From: Amoebidium appalachense
Taxonomy: Eukaryota > Protista > Ichthyosporea
NCBI GenBank assembly: GCA_963693365.1
Contig: CAVNZM010000001.1
Location: 17,417,840 to 17,481,839 of the forward strand
Direction: 5' to 3'
Length of the DNA: 64,000 bases
Part shown: piece after piece, positions 45,915 to 64,000 of the stretch
How the letters are laid out: every line of letters begins with the position of its first letter
Numbering within the stretch: position 1 is the stretch's first letter
Notes under the pieces: generated by a model
Told to the model about the DNA's origin: nothing
Databases searched by the model: none
The model's input: only the letters and a program-made list of their open reading frames with translations
Program-made: the position numbers and the translations under genes

Positions 45915-46648
45915 CTCCCTCCCCCCCCCCCTCCCTTCCCCCCCCCCCCCTCTCTCCCTCCCTCCCTCTCCCTTCTCTCTCTCTCTCTCTCTCTCTCTCC
46001 CCCCCCTCCCCCCCCCCCCCCCCCCCCCCCCCCCCCACACACACACACCCTTTCTCCCTCTCTCTTTCTCCTTTTCTCTCTCCCCCCTGCTCCCTCCCCC
46101 AACTCTTTTTCTCTCACTCCACCCCCGCTTCCTCTCCCTCCCCCCTTCCCCCTCCTAGCCTTTTCCTCTCCTTCCCCCCCTCCCACCCCCTCTCTCTATC
46201 ACGCCCACCCTTTCTAGCTTAGTATCCCCCCCCCTTCCCCCCCTCCCCGCCTTTTTTGGGTGCCCTTCTTTCCCCCCCCCCCTCCCCCCCCCCCCCGCTT
46301 CCCCTTCCCTCCTCCCACCACCCCTTTCTTCTTTCCCTTCTTACTTGTCCCTTGGCTTTCCCACTCCCCCCCCCCCCCCCCCCCCCCCCGCCCAACACAC
46401 ACACACACACACACACACTCACAAGACTTTCTTCCCACACCTACACAAAATGCCTGGCCTACAAAGAGCTGTGGTCATAATGTATTTTCTGTTGACGTAC
46501 TTGGCTATGAGTTATGAAGACACCAAGCCCCTTTGGGATTTCTTCGATACCGTAAATTCATAACATTTACTAACGATTTGCTTTAACAGGGGGTTTTTCA
46601 CGCAATTTACACCATTCCTCACTGATTACATGTGGTTTGGGGGGTACC

Positions 46649-59425
<12,777 letters not shown>

Positions 59426-59844
59426 TTTGAAACCCCGCCTTTTGGTGAGGATTGGAAACGGAAAACGAAAGTTTGAAACAGTGGAGATGGGGTTTTGAAT
59501 CGGTTTTCTCCTTTGGGAAAGTGGACGGAGGATGTACATAAGCACAGTGGTGTAATGCAGTGTTGATCATTGTTGCTTGAACCATCCAAGTTGGTCGCAT
59601 TTCTTGTGTTGCGTGTGTACCTAATAGAAAGATTCTGGCTGGACTTGATTTCCGTATGGTGCGTTATGTGTGCACTGATACAAATAATCGTGCTTTATGT
59701 ACACCATGACACGTTTTCTTTGCGAGTGTGTTTGCTCCATTGGGCTTGTTATGTTTGCCCTTGTCTCTGGGATAACAAGTCACTGTGTGGGTGGGTATTG
59801 TTGATGGTTTTTTTTTTCTTTTCTTTTTTTTTTTTTCTGGGGCA

Positions 59845-59876
<32 letters not shown>

Positions 59877-61348
59877 TCAACCACTTCAGCATGTGTATGA
59901 AAGACTTGGTATCGAATGTTTTTGATTTGATCCCAACAGCTAACCCCTACTAGAATTCGAAAGAAGGGGGGGGGGGGGGGGGGGGGAAGGGGAAGGGGGG
60001 AGGCCCTGGGGGGGGGGGGGGAGGGGAAGGGGGGAGGCCCTGGGGGGGGGGGGGGGGGGGGGGGAGGGAGAGAGGGGAGAGGGGGGTCATGGCGGTGTAT
60101 GGTGAATGCGCATGTACTTTGTTAATTTGTCGAATCCACATTTATGTTGGTTGGCACGTACAGCATACATGCCTAGGGGGCATGACTCGCAAATGGATCA
60201 CATGTTGGCTTGTCACAGAGTTTGTTGTGCGGATCTCCCCGTCACACACACACACACGCACACGTGCATGTTCACACGCACATGTACACACACACACACC
60301 TCGGCCCCCCCCCCTCCCCCCTCCCCCACCTCTCCATTAAATTTCTCTCCGCTCGGCCGCCAGGGACACTAGTCCGAGTCTGCCACCTAATTGTTTCCCC
60401 AAATGCAGCACACACGTGTACACACCCCATTATATGCACGATGCATGCACTGCATATTACCAAATCCCCCCCCCCCCCCCCCCTTTTTTTGGGCCCCCCC
60501 CCCCAACTCCCCACTCCCTCGAGCTCCTCGTCCCCTCGAGCCCCCACCACCAGCACCACCGCAACACACGTGGCGTGAGTAACACTCTCGCTCTCCCTTT
60601 CCCCCACCTTTACAATCTCCTCCACACTTTCTTAGCATACACACTAGACACCATTTTTAACCCGCATGCTGCGAATGGGAGCCTCGGAGCAAAACCACCA
60701 CCTCGCACAGGGGTAAAAAACCACCACACATGTGCAGGCTGATCTAGTACCCACCCACCCACACAGTCACACACAGTGACAGGTGTTTGGCTGGATAGGT
60801 AAGCCTTCAAGAAAGAAAGAAATCCATGTCTCCCTCCCCCACCGGCCCCCACCCCCACCCCCAGCCAACCTTTCTCCTCATGATGCGAACGGCCATCGAG
60901 CTTCCGTGTGGTATTTTCAGCACGAAGGGCACTAAGCCTTGGCAGATGGTCGTTTATATTGTGGTTCTCTGTGACTTTCTCTCTGGAGTGGACTTGCATG
61001 TGGCTGCAAACGAACGATTCAGTCAAGTCGGATGTCCTTTATACACAGCCAAAGGTGCCCTTGAGGTGAGATGTTACTATCACACTGGTGTAAGCCTTAC
61101 ACGCATATCTGCACACATGTTGGGGCAAACACATGCACGAACCCCCACTCCGACATATTTTCACACGAATGACTTTCAAGAACCGGCTTGTAGTATGCCC
61201 GTCAGGGCTGCTATATTCCTTTTTACACCTGGGAAATGTACCTACCACTGTACTCATTAACAAGAACATCTGAGAAACAACACCTCTACACGTTTGGGCA
61301 GCTCAACATCGCCGAAGTTTGGTCCTACACGCACATCCCTAATGCTCA

Positions 61349-62452
61349 CTACATCCTAATCCGTCCCTGAACCTTTGCGCGGGGCAGGGACTCGCTAGTG
61401 CAGCAGCTCACGGGCCCACACCCGGCCTCCGGGTAGGCCGCCGGGTTGACGCCTGCCGTGCAGTGTGCCTCCTCGTCTATGGTGCAGCCCAGGTTGGCCC
61501 CCCTGTAATGCTCGCTGCATCTGACCCGCCCACCAACTATGGGGATCCGAGGTGGCATGGGCATAATCTCTGGAGCTTGCACCTCCACGGTCGGCGAGCG
61601 AGGTAGGGAATCGCTAGTGCAGCAGCTAACGAGCCCACATCCCGTCTCCGGGTAGGCTTCCGGGTTGACGCCTGCCGTGCAGTGTGCCTCCTCGTCTATG
61701 GTGCAGCCCAGGTTGGCCCCCCGGTACAGCTCACTGCATTTGACCGGCCCACCGACAACGTGGGGCCGTTCAGGGATCATAGGCGCAATCTGTGGAGCCT
61801 GAACCTCCACGGTTGGCCCCTCGAAAAATTCCTTTCCCAAGCCGCCGCAGCAGGTGTCGGTGGAGCAGGCCCTATACGGATCCTGGCCGTTCACAAAGCA
61901 AAAGCGTTCTGTGGGCTCGCAGCCCTTGGGCCTACTGACCTTGGCCCAGTCCCAACAGGATGTTTTAATGGACATTGACTTGTAGTCACCCCGATGGCGT
62001 GTAGGCGGTCGGGTGCGCCTACCGGCGTATTTAGCTGTTGGCGGGCCTGAGTCGCTGCAGCACCTATACGGGGTGCAGGCGTACTGCGGGCTCCCCCCGA
62101 CGATGCAGGCCAGGTTGGACGAGGCGCAGTCATAGCCCTTGTCGGCCAGCCACTGCGTGCACGTGTCGCTGCCGCCCATAATCCCAAACCCACTCTTGCG
62201 AGCGTAATTCTGAGGTTTCGAGGACTTGCGGAAGGCGCGCTCCTCCACTACCCATGGGTTACCCGTACAGCACTTTGCGATGGAACATGCATCCTCGTTC
62301 CCGTGGCTGTCCCACCTGAAGCCTACATCCTCACAGTCGGTGTCAACTAACGTGCAGCCATAGACGAAATTAGAGCCCACCCAGTCACGGCAGAACAGTT
62401 GGTCCGCCTTTGCAAGGCCTGTTAGGGCCGCCAAGACAAGGAGAAGAGTCAT
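61349..62452 (-). CDS. Intronless secreted cysteine-rich repeat protein (367 aa), family not recognised
   Basis: Microsatellite-free ORF with signal peptide MTLLLVLAALTGLAKA. Five modules of pattern C-x10/11-C-x6/7-C-x9-15-C-x4-CC; the last two are a recent ~225-bp DNA duplication. Confidence 0.85.
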   Translation of the reverse strand: MTLLLVLAALTGLAKADQLFCRDWVGSNFVYGCTLVDTDCEDVGFRWDSHGNEDACSIAKCCTGNPWVVEERAFRKSSKPQNYARKSGFGIMGGSDTCTQWLADKGYDCASSNLACIVGGSPQYACTPYRCCSDSGPPTAKYAGRRTRPPTRHRGDYKSMSIKTSCWDWAKVSRPKGCEPTERFCFVNGQDPYRACSTDTCCGGLGKEFFEGPTVEVQAPQIAPMIPERPHVVGGPVKCSELYRGANLGCTIDEEAHCTAGVNPEAYPETGCGLVSCCTSDSLPRSPTVEVQAPEIMPMPPRIPIVGGRVRCSEHYRGANLGCTIDEEAHCTAGVNPAAYPEAGCGPVSCCTSESLPRAKVQGRIRM

Positions 62453-63180
62453 GTTTGCTTGGTTCGATGTCTGCTCGTCTGCTTGTGACGACTGAGAAAA
62501 AGCCGCGGCATACTAGTGGCCACTTTTATCCGTGCCATCAACTGGAGAGTTTGTCGTGTTCTTTTTATCCGGATTGGAATGGGACTGCTGATGGCTTTTA
62601 TGATGAATCGTTTTTTTGATGATGTTTTTGTGTTAGCGAATCAATGAAAACATATTGTAGCGTACCTGGCCTGCCTTTGCTAAGCCTGTAGCCTGTCAAC
62701 AATATTATTACTGGGGGCTTTGGCCGCCAAGATACAACTTCGAAATGGATGTACAGAATTTAGCAACTTCTACCGCCCCCAAGGTTAACGTTCATGACCC
62801 ACTCGGCATTGCGTCTCTAGCTGATGGTATATCTCTAGCTGATGGTATTATTGGTCAAATACCACGCTTTTACTGTACACGTGCTATACAGTGGAGACCT
62901 AATAAGTATAAGGTGGCATCGCTTGCATGCCCAAACAACACACACACACACACCAGTTTAAACGGTCATGTATCGCCAAATGTAGTTTGATAGACCACAT
63001 AATACCGCAACACACACATGTGTACACGTCACATTCACAACCTAGACACCCAGAAAGATAGCCTACCTGTAAATTACAACATCCTTGATTTTATAGTAAA
63101 CACGCGTAACTATGACCTGTTCATTAGATGTATTGATTGGCTTGAGAAACACATCACTACAAAATTCTAGCGCGCGCACA

Positions 63181-63474
<294 letters not shown>

Positions 63475-63595
63475 AAAAAAAAAGGGGGGAACCCCAACTA
63501 ATTGATTTTTCTTAGTCTTTATGGTGTCTCGTAGAGAAAGTAAACCCTGATATATAGTCATCACCCGACATCTATGTACGTGATCATGATATACC

Positions 63596-63675
63596 GCTGA
63601 GGGGATATTCCGAGCAAAAAACCCCCATACCTGAGACAGGTCTCTCTTTGCCTCGAGTAAACAGCGTAAACCCCC
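63596..63675. repeat. Dispersed repeat B, copy 2 (inverted relative to copy 1)
   Basis: Reverse complement of 15572-15654. Confidence 0.85.
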
Positions 63676-64000
63676 TTGCGTGCATGGAATGTGCGGAATG
63701 CGTTGTTTGCATGGTTCCCCCTAAACTTCCTATCATGCTGCGCACATGTGCAGTGTGGGCCGTGGCCCTGGACGTCCGCCATGTGTTCCGTGCGACAGTG
63801 TCACAGCAGCAGGCCTATATTTCTTATTATGAGCAACAAAAACCAGTCCCATTTGCAGTCATTATCAGTGATTTTTTCATCTCTCACGGAATAGCCCCTA
63901 CAGGCTATTGGAATGGACTCTAAATTACGAATCCTAAGAAAACCCGGCTAGCCCGTAACCTGTGCCGATCACGCGTTGCAACCATCACAGTAAGTGATTG

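Noticed and set aside
60600-61270. ORFs of 138-144 aa between TTLL12 and the Cys-rich gene
   Set aside because: Non-convincing starts, overlapping on both strands, and no motifs. Probably UTR or intergenic sequence.

Overview
Eukaryotic nuclear DNA, probably from an opisthokont or related unicellular lineage (an inference from gene content, not an identification). Introns are saturated with (CA)n/(GT)n, (GA)n and poly-C/poly-G tracts, so almost all ORFs in the supplied track are repeat artefacts. Splicing by hand at GT-AG sites with consistent phases gave these genes: glycogen synthase (-, 20 exons, 3' end off-window), an unrecognised multi-exon gene (+), two secreted RNase T2 paralogues (-) flanking an OTUD3-like deubiquitinase (+, 11 exons), a cytosolic-type acetyl-CoA acetyltransferase (-, 3 exons), TTLL12 (+, 18 exons), and an intronless secreted protein with five 6-Cys modules (-). 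The most striking signal is a strand-specific intron architecture: poly-C directly behind donors (seen behind every donor lacking +5G in the three large genes) and (CA)n replacing the polypyrimidine tract at many acceptors. Also present are a TTAA-flanked palindromic MITE-like element, an intronic repeat family with fixed orientation, an ~80-bp repeat present twice in inverted orientation, and related GC-rich palindromes between genes.
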